From assembly GCA_001661245.1 (NCBI GenBank), contig KV454012.1:1471741-1535740 (forward strand): a DNA stretch of 64,000 nt, read 5' to 3'. Positions within the stretch are counted from its first letter, which is position 1, and every line of letters starts with the position of its first letter. Below are positions 45,461-57,361 of the stretch, piece by piece. The notes under the pieces were generated by a model. It was not told where the DNA came from and ran no database searches. It was given only the letters and a program-made list of their open reading frames with translations. This DNA comes from Pachysolen tannophilus NRRL Y-2460. Lineage: Eukaryota. A program made the position numbers and the translations under genes.

Positions 45461-46744
45461 ATGGGGGTTCATAAAGAAACTGAAATATGTCGATTGCCTA
45501 TTACTTTCAATCAACAGAATAAATATTATAGAGTTCATTGTTATCTTATAGCTGCAAAACTTCATCATGTTTCTCCTAAACTTATGGTTACGGATTTTAC
45601 TTCGAATTTAAACATACTGACAACAGATTGTGATGAGATCATAATAGGTAATGAACAAGTGCTAAATAGAGCACAGTTATTGAGGATTAATATTTATCCA
45701 GAGAAGTTCAATGTTTTCATCAAGCTGTTAAAAGATCGTAAACCAGATTTTTATCTTCGAGAGATTTACAGAAATGTTTTCCCAGATTTAATCTTTCTTA
45801 CACTTGATATTAGATTGAATATTTATAATGGTACATTGGAAGGTATTGTGGATAATATTTGGTTTTTAAGCTATGAAGAAGAGAATCAGTATGTTGATAA
45901 GTTGTTTAAAAGGTTTATTACAAATATGCCGGATTTTTTCATTAGAGAAAATATATCTGATATTTCTAAAATTATACCTCAGAGATATTTAATTAAGTAT
46001 GATGATAAAAAAAAGCACCAAACGATAGCTGAACGATTTATAAAGCTGAAAAAAGAAGATACATCTTTTGATCAGGTTATAGATTCTAAATACGAAGAAG
46101 ATTTTGAAGAAAGTTCGGAGCCAGAAGTTTATAATGAGCCAGAACCAGAAATAGAACCAGAAATAGAACCAGAAATAGAACCAGAATTAGAATCAGAATT
46201 AGAACGGACTGGACAAAATAATAAGATCTTATCAAGAAATAATGGTATAATATCTATAGGGGATTTGAAAAAAAAAGTACTGAAAACTGGGATAGACGAA
46301 GATTTAACGTTTACTATAAGGGCAAAAGTTATAGCGATATTACCATCTTTTGAAGAATTAATCAAAATTGACAATGAAACAAATCAAATTTGTTTAAAGA
46401 ACATTGAAATATACGTAACGGACATTGATAATAAAGATATGGTTTATGAAGAATCTCATCAATCGGTTTTAAAATTTCAAATATCAAATCATTTTCAAAT
46501 TTTAAGTTTTTTATCAAATGAAAATACCCAGTTAGCTAGTAATTCTCAATTATTATTATTTAACCTTTTATTACAAAAGGAAGCTATGGATAAGAAATTT
46601 CAGAAATTGATAAGTTTAGGCAAATTTCATAAATTCAAAATTGAATGGAACAATAAGATTAAAATTAATGACAATCATAAGTTCTACCTTGAAGGATGGG
46701 AGTGTTTAAAATCCCCGTCACTGCACCAAATGGTTAATGAATAA
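45461..46744 (+). CDS. Uncharacterised protein, putative two-OB-fold ssDNA/telomere-binding protein (small Cdc13-like)
   Basis: 427 aa ORF; LMVTDFTSN and FTIRAKVIAILP...IYVTD segments separated by an acidic EPEI linker. ORF reality is likely; the function is inferred. Confidence 0.5.
   Translation: MGVHKETEICRLPITFNQQNKYYRVHCYLIAAKLHHVSPKLMVTDFTSNLNILTTDCDEIIIGNEQVLNRAQLLRINIYPEKFNVFIKLLKDRKPDFYLREIYRNVFPDLIFLTLDIRLNIYNGTLEGIVDNIWFLSYEEENQYVDKLFKRFITNMPDFFIRENISDISKIIPQRYLIKYDDKKKHQTIAERFIKLKKEDTSFDQVIDSKYEEDFEESSEPEVYNEPEPEIEPEIEPEIEPELESELERTGQNNKILSRNNGIISIGDLKKKVLKTGIDEDLTFTIRAKVIAILPSFEELIKIDNETNQICLKNIEIYVTDIDNKDMVYEESHQSVLKFQISNHFQILSFLSNENTQLASNSQLLLFNLLLQKEAMDKKFQKLISLGKFHKFKIEWNNKIKINDNHKFYLEGWECLKSPSLHQMVNE
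46142..46200 (+). repeat. 12-bp coding tandem repeat (gaaccagaaata) giving EPEI repeats
   Basis: Three exact copies plus degenerate gaaccagaatta and gaatcagaatta. Confidence 0.85.
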
Positions 46745-46844
46745 TACTTTATGATATAGTTTATTATATATATATATATAGATATTTATATATGTATCTG
46801 TGTGTCTTAGTGTGTCAGTGTCTGTATAGTAAAATAGAAGTTAT

Positions 46845-46878
46845 AAGTCAAAAAAGTCAAAAAAGTCAAAAAAGTCAA
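46845..46878. repeat. 9-bp tandem repeat (aagtcaaaa), about 4 copies, beside the YJU3 stop codon
   Basis: aagtcaaaaaagtcaaaaaagtcaaaaaagtcaa. Confidence 0.8.
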
Positions 46879-47880
46879 CTATAAAGAATCAAGTTGTTTG
46901 TCCATAAATTGTAAAATTTGATTTAAAGTCAGTGAGAATATGTCATCAGTTTCAAGAAACAAATTGTGTCTAGCATTTGGGAAAGTTACAATCTTTCTGT
47001 TTTCATTTGGAATCTTATCATTGATTTTGTCGATGAACTGAATACCACCATCCATAAGGTTTATCTTATCATCTTCTCCAAACAATATGAGAATTGGTTT
47101 ATCGTGATTTTTGATCTTGGAGATTGCGTTGTTTTCTAATAAATCTCTTCCTCTAAAGATCATATCTTTTAATTGACCAATAGTACCAACTGGGTCTTCC
47201 ATACTATCTGCAATGCAAAAATCTAAATAATCTTGATTACTACTAACAAATTCAGCAGCCAAATTGGTATTAAATTTAATATCAGTCTTGAACCAACAAA
47301 CAAACGTCACCATTTTTTCTATTATTAGTGATGGCTTACTTTTTGGATGGAGCAAAATCAATGGTGCGGCAGATACAACACCTTTAACCTTATCCAAATG
47401 TTTCCCAAAGGCCAAATAACTTAAAACTAACCCACCACCCATTGAATGACCTAAAAGATATAAATTCAATGGTTTCTTCTCTTCTAACAACTGATCATAT
47501 GAATAATCGATAAAATTATCCAAATCTTTATAAGAATAATGATCATTAGTAAGACCTTTTAATTTTCCTGGAGAAGTTAAACCCGCACCTCTTTGATCAA
47601 AAAACAAACATTCATACCCATTACAAGACAATTGATCCAATAATCTATCATAAACTTTTGCTCTTTCACAAAATCCATGAACAACTAAGAACCTTGCTTT
47701 AAATTTAACATCTTTAGGAATAGGCCAAAAAACAGTATAAAATTCAACTTCAGAATTTGAAAATTTAATTTTCCGATGTAATGGAGAATTCTTCAGTTTA
47801 TAAGGATAACTCAATTTATCAAACTCATAAACACTGGTGGATTTAGGGTCTATATCGGTGACTACATATTTTTGGGACAT
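46879..47880 (-). CDS. YJU3: Monoglyceride lipase (alpha/beta hydrolase)
   Basis: VHGFCE, FDQRGAG, GHSMGG (GxSxG) and ARHNLFLE motifs; first ATG at 47880. Confidence 0.88.
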   Translation of the reverse strand: MSQKYVVTDIDPKSTSVYEFDKLSYPYKLKNSPLHRKIKFSNSEVEFYTVFWPIPKDVKFKARFLVVHGFCERAKVYDRLLDQLSCNGYECLFFDQRGAGLTSPGKLKGLTNDHYSYKDLDNFIDYSYDQLLEEKKPLNLYLLGHSMGGGLVLSYLAFGKHLDKVKGVVSAAPLILLHPKSKPSLIIEKMVTFVCWFKTDIKFNTNLAAEFVSSNQDYLDFCIADSMEDPVGTIGQLKDMIFRGRDLLENNAISKIKNHDKPILILFGEDDKINLMDGGIQFIDKINDKIPNENRKIVTFPNARHNLFLETDDIFSLTLNQILQFMDKQLDSL

Positions 47881-48028
47881 ATTTAATTCTAAAAATGATA
47901 TCGTTATCGCTATTGCGGACAAAATGATAAGAGAAAAAAAGAAAAAAGAAAAAAGAAAAAATAATGGTATTAAAGATTAATGGGTTGAAAAAAAAAAAAA
48001 GAGACATAATTGCTAATTTTTTTTAATT

Positions 48029-49030
48029 TCAAAAATCTTGAGGTTCAGCAACTGCAGTTGATAAATTATTACCATTTACATCATCTATAAATTCTTCATC
48101 TTCAGCAAGTCTAGAAATTGGAGAATTTCCTTCTTTTGGAGTTAATCGACCAATAAATTTTTTCATACTTTCATCCATTCCAGAAAAACCTCTTATTATT
48201 TCAGCTAATGGCCAAGGAACTGCTCTCATGATAGGCATAAAATTACCATAAAATGGAAGTTTAATTTCACCTCTTCTTCCTAATTCAACTGCACTTAATA
48301 CATTTCTTGCAACGTGGGATGGATCTAATTCTGGAGCTAATAAAGTAGAAGGTGTTTTAACTCCGGTAAACATTCTTGTTTTCAATTGACCGGGACAAAT
48401 TAATAAAGTTTTTACACCTTTTGGATTTAAAGATGGAGGACCTAATTCATAAGTTAAAGATTCATGTAATGCAATTAATCCAGATTTTGAAGCTCCATAA
48501 GCACTTAATCTTGCTGGAGACATATAACCCAATACAGATGCAATAGTAACAATATAACCTCTTTTAATTTTTAACATATCAGGTAAAAATGCTTTAATAG
48601 TATAAAAACTAGACATTAAATTAATTTGTATAGTTTTTTCAATATCATCAAAACTTAAATCAATTAAAGACTTACCTCTAGTTATACCAGCATTATTTAT
48701 TAATAATGAAACAATCCCAACTTCTTTTTTAACAATTTCACTTGTTTTTAAAACTTCTTTTCTATTACTAACATCACATTTATAATAGTATACATTTTCT
48801 AATCGGTCCTCTGCATTACTTGGAACTACAATATCTAATACAACAATTTTAGACGTATTTTTCTCCAAAAATTGTTTAACTAATTCTTTACCTAACCCTG
48901 AACATCCTCCAGTAATTAATACAATATCTCTATGTGGATCAAAATAATTCCCAATAACAATATTAGAAAAAGTCCTATAAGCTTTATTAAAACGATAAAA
49001 CGCTAATGATATTGAAATCAGACCTGTCAT
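48029..49030 (-). CDS. Membrane-anchored SDR (retinol/17-beta-HSD-like; Tda5/Ydl114w-type)
   Basis: ITGGCSGLG, NNAG, IASVLG, YGASK and LHESL motifs. Confidence 0.85.
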   Translation of the reverse strand: MTGLISISLAFYRFNKAYRTFSNIVIGNYFDPHRDIVLITGGCSGLGKELVKQFLEKNTSKIVVLDIVVPSNAEDRLENVYYYKCDVSNRKEVLKTSEIVKKEVGIVSLLINNAGITRGKSLIDLSFDDIEKTIQINLMSSFYTIKAFLPDMLKIKRGYIVTIASVLGYMSPARLSAYGASKSGLIALHESLTYELGPPSLNPKGVKTLLICPGQLKTRMFTGVKTPSTLLAPELDPSHVARNVLSAVELGRRGEIKLPFYGNFMPIMRAVPWPLAEIIRGFSGMDESMKKFIGRLTPKEGNSPISRLAEDEEFIDDVNGNNLSTAVAEPQDF

Positions 49031-49441
49031 CTTGCTTATTCCTTGAAGACAAATTACAAACTCAACTTAAACTCACTAATTCCAACAAGTCCATTACAAC
49101 TCTGAAATCTACTAAAACACTATACACACACACACAACAGAGAAAGAGAAAAAGAGAAAGGTACCTTGTAATCCTCCGTAGAGGGAAAAGGGGGTACCGT
49201 TTGGGGGTAAACCACAAAAGCAACTAAAACGGGGAAAAGTGATTTACTTGAACACTACTTTAAATTTTGGACCGTGATGGTGTATGATTTGTTTACTACC
49301 TTGAAATGAGGGTCAGGTTAGGTCAAGTTAGGTTAAGTTAGGTATTATTGATGTGAATAAATTTGGATCTAATTTGATATAATTGATCTTTAGAAGTTTT
49401 TGAGGTTATTTTTTGCAAATATATATATATATATATATAAA

Positions 49442-50572
49442 ATGGAAGAAGAATTAGTGAGGGTACTAAGGGTCAAGAGGAAAAGAGACCAAGATCCGTT
49501 ACAGGCGTTGGTATTAAAGAATCCAAATTTCAGTACTAAGAGATTGAAGAAGGATTATTATTTCAAATTTGCAAGAACGGATTCAGAGGAACTAGAAGCT
49601 GCTACTTTGAGTAAAGATAAGATATTACAAGTCGATTCCAGAACGGGACAACTTTCATTATTATCGACCAATAATGTTAATAATGGAGGAGAAAAGTTTA
49701 ATAACAATAATGATAATAATGATGATGATGAAATGGATCAAAATCAACTATCTGATGAAATCTTGATGATGGTGAAGGAACAAGAAGAAATCGCCAAGAA
49801 GAAGAATAGTAGTAATCTTGTAAAAAACCTGCAGAAGCAACAGCTTAAGAGACCTGTTAGGATAAAACATAAGCCTTCGGAACCTGTAAAAATGAAAAAT
49901 TATAGTGATACAGAATATGTTTATGATGTTTATTATAGAGGTAAGGATAATGATTCTGAAAAATATGAGAATTCAAAGATTGGTTATATTAGATATGATG
50001 AAGAATTGTTTAATTTTTTGAGCAATAACGATGATAATGCAGGTAATGATGAAGAAATAAATTTTAATGATGATGATGATGATTCTAATGCAGAGGATTA
50101 TTATCAGAATGATTACCCTGAGGATGAAGATGATGATCGTAATTCTGATATAGTGGATCCTGATCTGGAATATCTGGAAGAGTTTAATGGTCTTGTTCTG
50201 AGTGATGATGAAGATGATAGTTATGAAATATCGCATAATAAAAAAAGATTTACACGGAAAGAATATTTGAATTATAAAGAAGGTGGAGAAGAAGATGAAG
50301 AAGAAGAAGAACTTAACAACGAGATTTTAAACGATAGCTTAGTACAAGAAGGTTTTGATAACCTTTATAATGAATATTATGGTAGAAATGATTCAGATGA
50401 TGGTGTATATTATGAGGGTCCAACAAGTTTCTTGGATAATGGTAACTTATCTGAAGAAGAACAAGAATTTAAAAGAAATACGTTTTTCAAAAGTGATGAA
50501 GATGATGATTTGGCTATCCACAGAGATCGTATATTCGGAGAATTAGAAAGAATGATTACCGATGAGAATTAA
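49442..50572 (+). CDS. IWR1: RNA polymerase II nuclear import factor
   Basis: LRVKRKRDQDPLQAL, YVYDVY and DDDDSNAEDYYQNDYPEDE Iwr1 signatures; first ATG at 49442. Confidence 0.9.
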   Translation: MEEELVRVLRVKRKRDQDPLQALVLKNPNFSTKRLKKDYYFKFARTDSEELEAATLSKDKILQVDSRTGQLSLLSTNNVNNGGEKFNNNNDNNDDDEMDQNQLSDEILMMVKEQEEIAKKKNSSNLVKNLQKQQLKRPVRIKHKPSEPVKMKNYSDTEYVYDVYYRGKDNDSEKYENSKIGYIRYDEELFNFLSNNDDNAGNDEEINFNDDDDDSNAEDYYQNDYPEDEDDDRNSDIVDPDLEYLEEFNGLVLSDDEDDSYEISHNKKRFTRKEYLNYKEGGEEDEEEEELNNEILNDSLVQEGFDNLYNEYYGRNDSDDGVYYEGPTSFLDNGNLSEEEQEFKRNTFFKSDEDDDLAIHRDRIFGELERMITDEN

Positions 50573-51056
50573 TAATTACAAAACAATTTAGTACTATTTC
50601 TTTAAACATAATTTCTCCATTTTCCAACAAATCAAACTAGTTAAGTAGACTTTTTTTTTATTTCTTTCTTTCTTTACTGCGGAAGTATTGATCATGGAAA
50701 TAGATGACAACATCGACTTTGGTTTTGGTTTCAGTTAACATATTCAGGTAAAAATTTGATAACTGCTTCCTCCTCCCCCCGCTCCCAGTTTGCAGAGTTC
50801 AACAATATCGTCAATCAAAAAATTGAAAAAACTATCTCATCTACGAATTATTCTGTATTCGAAATATCATATTTGACTTTTATTTCTTTTATTGAATTTT
50901 TGTTGAATCTTTTAGCAGAGAAAATTCAACTCATACTTTTATTTAGATAAAGAAAAATGGCCCTTTGGCAAAAAAAAAAAAATTTTTTTATATCATTATA
51001 GTGAAATCTTTCTCTCATTCTAACGAGATATATAAGTTCAAAAATGACTCAAGGAC

Positions 51057-51080
51057 GATATCGATATCGATATCGATATC
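51057..51080. repeat. (GATATC)4 perfect palindromic tandem repeat
   Basis: gatatcgatatcgatatcgatatc is its own reverse complement. Confidence 0.9.
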
Positions 51081-51820
51081 CGAAATTTAAAATCTTTTGA
51101 AATACAAGAACTGATAAGTCCTATGAATTTTTGAAATAACTTTTAGTTACTTGCTATAATCACTGATATTTCTTTCTTCTATCTCGTTTGCTTTCAACAA
51201 TTCATGGTATTCTACTACCAGAGAAGCACAAAACTTCCTCCAAGCTCTCGACTTACAGAGAAAATACATTTAAGTTCACAGTCACCCTTAATACCTGGTG
51301 CTCTGAAGAACTTGACACAGTTCAGCAATTCTTGTTCATGTGAAAACCTTTTATCCAAGCAATCGGTTACGCCCCTATGATAGTGGATAAACTCGTGCCC
51401 ATGCCTTTTTCCACCAAACACATTTACTGATAATCTTTATCTAATAAACTTTTGAGATGTCCTGAAATGACATTGAAATGTTAAATTCAAAAATTAAAAC
51501 ATTTCAAATTATACAAGAAAATTTTCTAATCATTAATTTGATTTATAATTACCTAAAGAGCATCTGATAACATGCTCTGCCTAGCTATCCTCCATCACAA
51601 ATCCTCAATCCCAATCATCAACATCGCAATAATATATTAAAATTATAATGAAAACCGTTATTATTGTCACTTTTGTCATCATAAAATTCGCATCGCTATA
51701 ATGACACAGGAAAATTTTTTTGAAGTCTTCGTCTTTATACAACTATTAATCTAAAAAGATCAGGAACAAGATAATTTATTTTGAGTTGTTGAGGTCTTCC
51801 ATATAAGAGAAAGCTGCTAA

Positions 51821-54800
51821 ATGAGTTCCAAGAATGGTATGGTAAGTTTATGTTCTTTTCTTTTTTATTGTTAATTTCTTTTTTTTGTGTTGTGTTGTTT
51901 AAATTGAGTTTTAATTTGCTAACAAATTGTTAAAGAAGCAGGTGAAAGATTTATCAACTGCAGAAGGGCTAACCCGTTTCTTAAGATCAAAGGATATTGT
52001 AGTTCAGCAGTTAATAGAGATATCAAATGGTTTATTAGATGATGAATATAGTAGCGTTTTACCGAATAAGGTGGATTTTATATTTGAATTGCTTGTGGAT
52101 AGGTTAAACGATTTTAAGGGAAATTTTAAAGATTTTAAATTAAACTATGAGATTTGGTTGTTATTCATCAAAAATTGGAGTAACTTTAGTGAAGAGGTTG
52201 TTTCTCAAAGAAATAAAATATTCAAGCTTTTGAAAATTTCAGATATAGTTGAATTTGTCTTGAAAGAAATAGCAAATGATGACAATACTAAAATTGGAGA
52301 TAGAGTTAAATTATTAGATTCCATTATGCAAATGTGCGATTTAGTATTAAGTCAATTATATTTAACTATAACTGTTGAGCAAGGCTTGAATATATTGCAA
52401 AACTACGTAAGGATAATACACCAGAATACTTTCAATTTCCAAAATGTATCGAGATGGACAATTACAATAAACAAAATGTACAATGTGTCAGTATCAGATA
52501 AACGTATTACTCAAAAATTCACAAATGAATTTTCTTCAAGATGTTTATTTGGAATCTTGAGAATTATATCAGATAATAAAATTGATGAAACGAGTAAGAG
52601 AATTTTAGAAAGCATAATATTGGAGACAGTCTTAAACAAGGATAATATATCTTTTTTCAAAATAAATGTTAAAACTTTTCTATCAATTTTGGCAACAGAA
52701 ACAGATACTGAATCATCCATGTTGTACTTGTATAAACTTGCTGTTTGGAGAATAAATGATGTAAATGTTTTGCAAGAGGTTTTCATCTTGATTTCAGACA
52801 AATTTCCAACAATTCTAACTACATTAATGAGTTATTTGTTGCTGTTGAATAGAACTTTGTCTAAAGATTTTTTATCCCAGTTGATCGAAAAATGCTTCAT
52901 TAGCACTGACAGTAATAATTACAAGTTAGTTTCTCAAATTTTGGAATTGAATTTAGAACTTGGAGTACGATTTGCCGACAAAATTTTTGATTTATTTATT
53001 TTGGACGGTAAAAACCTCGATTTGAACATTTTTTTCGAAATCTCCTCAAAAGTGATTAATTGTTTTCTGAGAATGAGAGAATTAGAAAAATTGTATGAAA
53101 TCTGGTTAGGACTTATTCCTATAAATTATAATTTGTTTGCAAATGATAAGTTCATATCTTTGGTTAGCAGAGAGACAACAAGTTTTTCAGATTCGCAGCT
53201 ATTAAATTTATTGAATATTACTTTATTACCGAAACTTTCGATAGAGACAGATAGACAGCAAGAAGAGGAAGAAAAAGAAAATGATAATGGGAGCGGGGAT
53301 TTAAAATATAAGGTTGATCAATGTTTGATTGCCTTAATTACAATTGTTCAAAGTTTGTTTAACTCAAATCAGCAAAGGGTGAATTACTTGAAACCTGCTT
53401 TGTTCGCAGCTTTGAGCTCTGAAATCGATCTTTATAGCTATAGTCATAAAACGATATTATCGTTTTGGAGATTAAAATATTTGATATTATGCTTGTACAA
53501 TGATGATGATTTTGAAGAGTTAAATATCGAAGAATTAGGTTCAAAGGTTACAGAATCTTGGCTTGAAAGTGTTTCTCAGGGTAAAGATAGGAACCAATAT
53601 ATTTATTTCACTTTATTCAGGTTAAGAGAATTAAGTGAAATTAGTATATCACCTCAACTAATTGATGATTTTATAAAATACATTTCAGATAATAGAGATG
53701 ACATCGAACTTTTGAAAATATCATTTGATAGATGGTTGGTATTTTTCAATTTATTCTTTAGCAGAGATCAAATTAGACAAATTGTAAAAATTGTTTTAGA
53801 GGATGTTAACAAGAAAAATATTAATCAAGCAAAAGAAGAATTATGGAATCAAAGTTTTGAAAATGAATACATTTACGAACAGCACCAAATAGTTCAAGAA
53901 TGCATTGATCAATTGATAGAGATTATTGCGGAACGAAAAGAACCATTACTTTCATACTTGGAGTTAGCCAGAAAAATTCCAACACAATGCTTCAACAGGT
54001 TTGATAAAATCAAGCTATTAAACATTTTATATGAGCTTTCAACTAAAGTGGGACAACCAGAAATTATCTTGAAATCATTATCAATTATTTTAAATTTATT
54101 ATCTCAGCCTACTTTTAAATCAAACATTGAATCTGATATTCACAAAATTTATAAACTTATTGAAATTGCTGAAGAATCAAATAATGACTTCATACTAAAT
54201 ACGATATTGGACATTTTCACAAATATTTGGAAACATAATTTAAATCAGCACTCAGACAAATTGAACGAGGAATGGATTTCAAATTTGCTACAAAATTTAA
54301 CTGAATTTTTTAATAAATTTGAAGTCAATAGAATGGAGGCCAAATTACCTCCTGAATATTTAGTTTGTTTTGTGATACTAACAAATATTCCTTCTGATAA
54401 GAAAGGTATTAATAGAGAACAATTGAGCAACTTGAGTTCTAATTTTGCGAAATCAGCATTGTCGTCGTTGACAACATTAGTTTCCAACTATAATGAAAAT
54501 GAAATTGTTCTGAGTTCAATGTCCTGGTTATTGAGGTCATTATATGAAATTGATGTTGATATTAACAACAAACAACTATTTGTTGAAATGAAAGTTATTG
54601 TCAGAGACGTCGGTAAAGTAACAAGGTCTCCTACAGTTAAGTCCCACTTGTTTTTATTACTTTGTAAATTATTAGATTCAACAATAACAGAATCGTTATA
54701 TTTGATGTCCTTATACGTTGTGTTGAAAACAGAAAACCTTGGAGCCGATATAACTTTTACTGATTTAGATAGAGGCATTGAAAACTATCTTAAGAAATTG

Positions 54801-55709
54801 GACTTTGATGTTTTCATGGATAGCTTAAGCTCTTTACTTGCTTCGTTCAGTGAAATTGAACAAAATTTTGATATTTATGTTTCTTTACTCAGCATTTTTC
54901 TCAAAAATATTCATTTCTTCAAAGCTAAAGATGTTAACACCAGATCACAAAAACTTTTAACTTCAGCATTATCAACAGTTTCAACTTATCATGATAAATT
55001 GATGGCACAGGATGATGACCAGGATTCAAAAGCAATTTTAATCGTTTTGAACATGTTGAAATCAGTTTTAGTGGATATTAATTGGGCTTTAACCCAATAT
55101 TCATTTGAATTAATAATGTCCTTAGTAACCAAGACTATATATTCATTACAACTGAATTTGCAAATTCCAAATTCTACGGCAATTTATGTGTTGTCAACAC
55201 AGGTTGTTTCTAACGCATTATTATTTCATAGATTTAGGCTTTCAGGCCGTCATCATTTGATTACTTCTACATTTGTGCCTTTAATGGAGTGTTTATTCAT
55301 TAAAAACAATAAAAAAGTTTTCAATGAGTCAATGAACAGTAATAAAGGTGCAATTTTCAAGTCCATAGACTGTGCAACATCATTTCAGAGAATCTTAAGT
55401 AATTTATGTGAACCACCCAATAACTTACAGAATAACTCAGCTCAATTGAACAGTTCCTCTTCATTGATAAAAAAATCACTCAGAAAACATTTACCAGTAT
55501 TGCTAATAAATTATGTAAACTTTCAATCCAAGTACAAGATGGATAATAAAATCAGAGAAGAAGTAGCAAATGGTATAACTGTAATCTTTGACGTTTTATC
55601 ACAAGATGAGTTAATTGTCATTAGTGCTTCCTTGGATTTCCTGGGACGAACCTATTTCAGAAACTTGTACGATGACTATAAAAAGTTTGGCAAATGGAGA
55701 GATGACTAG
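51821..55709 (+). CDS. URB2: Nucleolar pre-ribosome-associated protein (2 exons: 51821-51841, about 51942-55709)
   Basis: ATG AGT TCC AAG AAT GGT ATG|GTAAGT, TGCTAAC branch 51917-51923, CAG acceptor 51939-51941; TAEGLTRFLRSK start and Urb2 C-terminus (HRFRLSGRHHL...LYDDYKKFGKW). Confidence 0.88.
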
Positions 55710-55974
55710 ATTTATCTAGCTGTATATAGGCCATTAAACCAATGTTATATCGTTAGTTGTATAGTTGTATATTTTTAATTTATTAATGGTGTTTCTATCA
55801 CTTTTACAGTCTTTTATGCGTAGGAAATTTTTCATGTATTTTTTTTTTTTTTTTTTTCAATAATTTTCACATTCTTTGAGTTGATCGATGACTTGACCAA
55901 AAACTATAATTCATAAATTGAAATAATATCTAATTTTAACTATAACTAACTCAAAGACGATTTTATTGTAGATT

Positions 55975-57159
55975 ATGGGGAAAATAGAGGAAGTTCATGA
56001 TGAGGAACCAACTAAAGATCAACTAATAGATGAAGCTATAAGTGAATGGGAAAGGAAAAGGTATGTCCCAAAGCTGGGGGAACCAGATTTACCACCTCAA
56101 TTGCGCAAAATGGCGAACAAAAGTGTTGATGATTACATGAAAGAATTCAATAAAATGCCTTTCTTTATGACTCAGTTGGAGGATGATGATGGAGAGAATA
56201 CACAGTTGGAAGCGTTGAAAGCATTAGCGTACGAAGGTGAGCCTCGTGAAATTGCAACGAATTTTAAAAATCAAGGGAATGATTGTTATAAGGTAAAAAG
56301 GTATAAAGATGCTATTGAATATTATAATAAGGCAATAGGAGTGGACTGTGGAGATGAAAAGATTGAACTGGCACTATATTTGAATAGAGCTGCTTGTAAC
56401 TTGGAATTGAAAAATTATAGAAGATGTATTGATGATTGTAAAATGTGTTTGAAAATAGAACCTAATAATGTTAAAGCATGTTTCCGATCAGCAAAAGCTT
56501 TTTTCGCAATAGGAAAGTTAGAAGAGGCTTCTCTGGTCCTGGAGTATGCACTAGGGATAGATCCAGAAAATGCAGCAGTTAAAAGTGTGATGGTGCAGGT
56601 TGCTGATAAAAAGCTGAAATTGAAAGAATTAGAAGAAAAGAAACAAAGAGAATTAGAAGAGAAAAAATTCATTCAAGATACATTAGAAACTGCAATTCAA
56701 ATAAGAGGAATGAAAATAATTAGATCTTCTAAACCTCCTGAAATCTTAGAAAATTCTGTTTTGAGATTAGAAGATTCAAAAGATCCAAATGCACAATTAA
56801 TTTTTCCTGCAATGATCTTATATCCAACAACTGATGAATTTGACTTTGTTGCGGAAGTGAGTGAACTAACAACAGTGAGGGAATTAATGGAGTTGGTTAT
56901 GGATCGACCAGAAGAGTATTTTAAGGATCCAAAACATGAGAACTTTGTTCCTAAGAAATTAGAGGCTTACATGGAAACTGAAAGAGGAGGCTTGATTAAA
57001 ATAGGCAAAAAGATTCCTATCAATAATGCATTGATGGCACAGAATGTTAAAGTTCCTTTGTTTGATAATTCTTTAAGAATTTATTTTGTTCCTAAAGTAG
57101 ATTCAGCGAACTGGTTGAAAACATGGGATGAACAGAAGGCTTTGAATAGACGAAGCTAA
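55975..57159 (+). CDS. CNS1: TPR Hsp90/Hsp70 co-chaperone
   Basis: PFFMT, LEALKALAYEGEP..IATNFKNQGN, NRAACNLELKNY and LYPTTDEFDF motifs. Confidence 0.95.
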   Translation: MGKIEEVHDEEPTKDQLIDEAISEWERKRYVPKLGEPDLPPQLRKMANKSVDDYMKEFNKMPFFMTQLEDDDGENTQLEALKALAYEGEPREIATNFKNQGNDCYKVKRYKDAIEYYNKAIGVDCGDEKIELALYLNRAACNLELKNYRRCIDDCKMCLKIEPNNVKACFRSAKAFFAIGKLEEASLVLEYALGIDPENAAVKSVMVQVADKKLKLKELEEKKQRELEEKKFIQDTLETAIQIRGMKIIRSSKPPEILENSVLRLEDSKDPNAQLIFPAMILYPTTDEFDFVAEVSELTTVRELMELVMDRPEEYFKDPKHENFVPKKLEAYMETERGGLIKIGKKIPINNALMAQNVKVPLFDNSLRIYFVPKVDSANWLKTWDEQKALNRRS

Positions 57160-57361
57160 CTCATTTATGATGAATACAAAACATCAACGTTAACAAACTT
57201 ATTTATAGACTTTTAATTTTGCGATTGATTAATTACAAACTAAATACATGAGCAGTACAAAACAATGTTCAGTTAAAATAGATAATCTCTGGTAATATAT
57301 TCAAGAAAAAAAAAAAAAAAATGCTAATAACCGTAATTAAGAATTTTTAAAAATAAAATAC

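Noticed and set aside
49311..49343. ggtcaggttaggtcaagttaggttaagttaggt, telomere-like repeat
   Set aside because: Short degenerate 5-mer repeat in an internal divergent promoter; not TTAGGG and no subtelomeric context.
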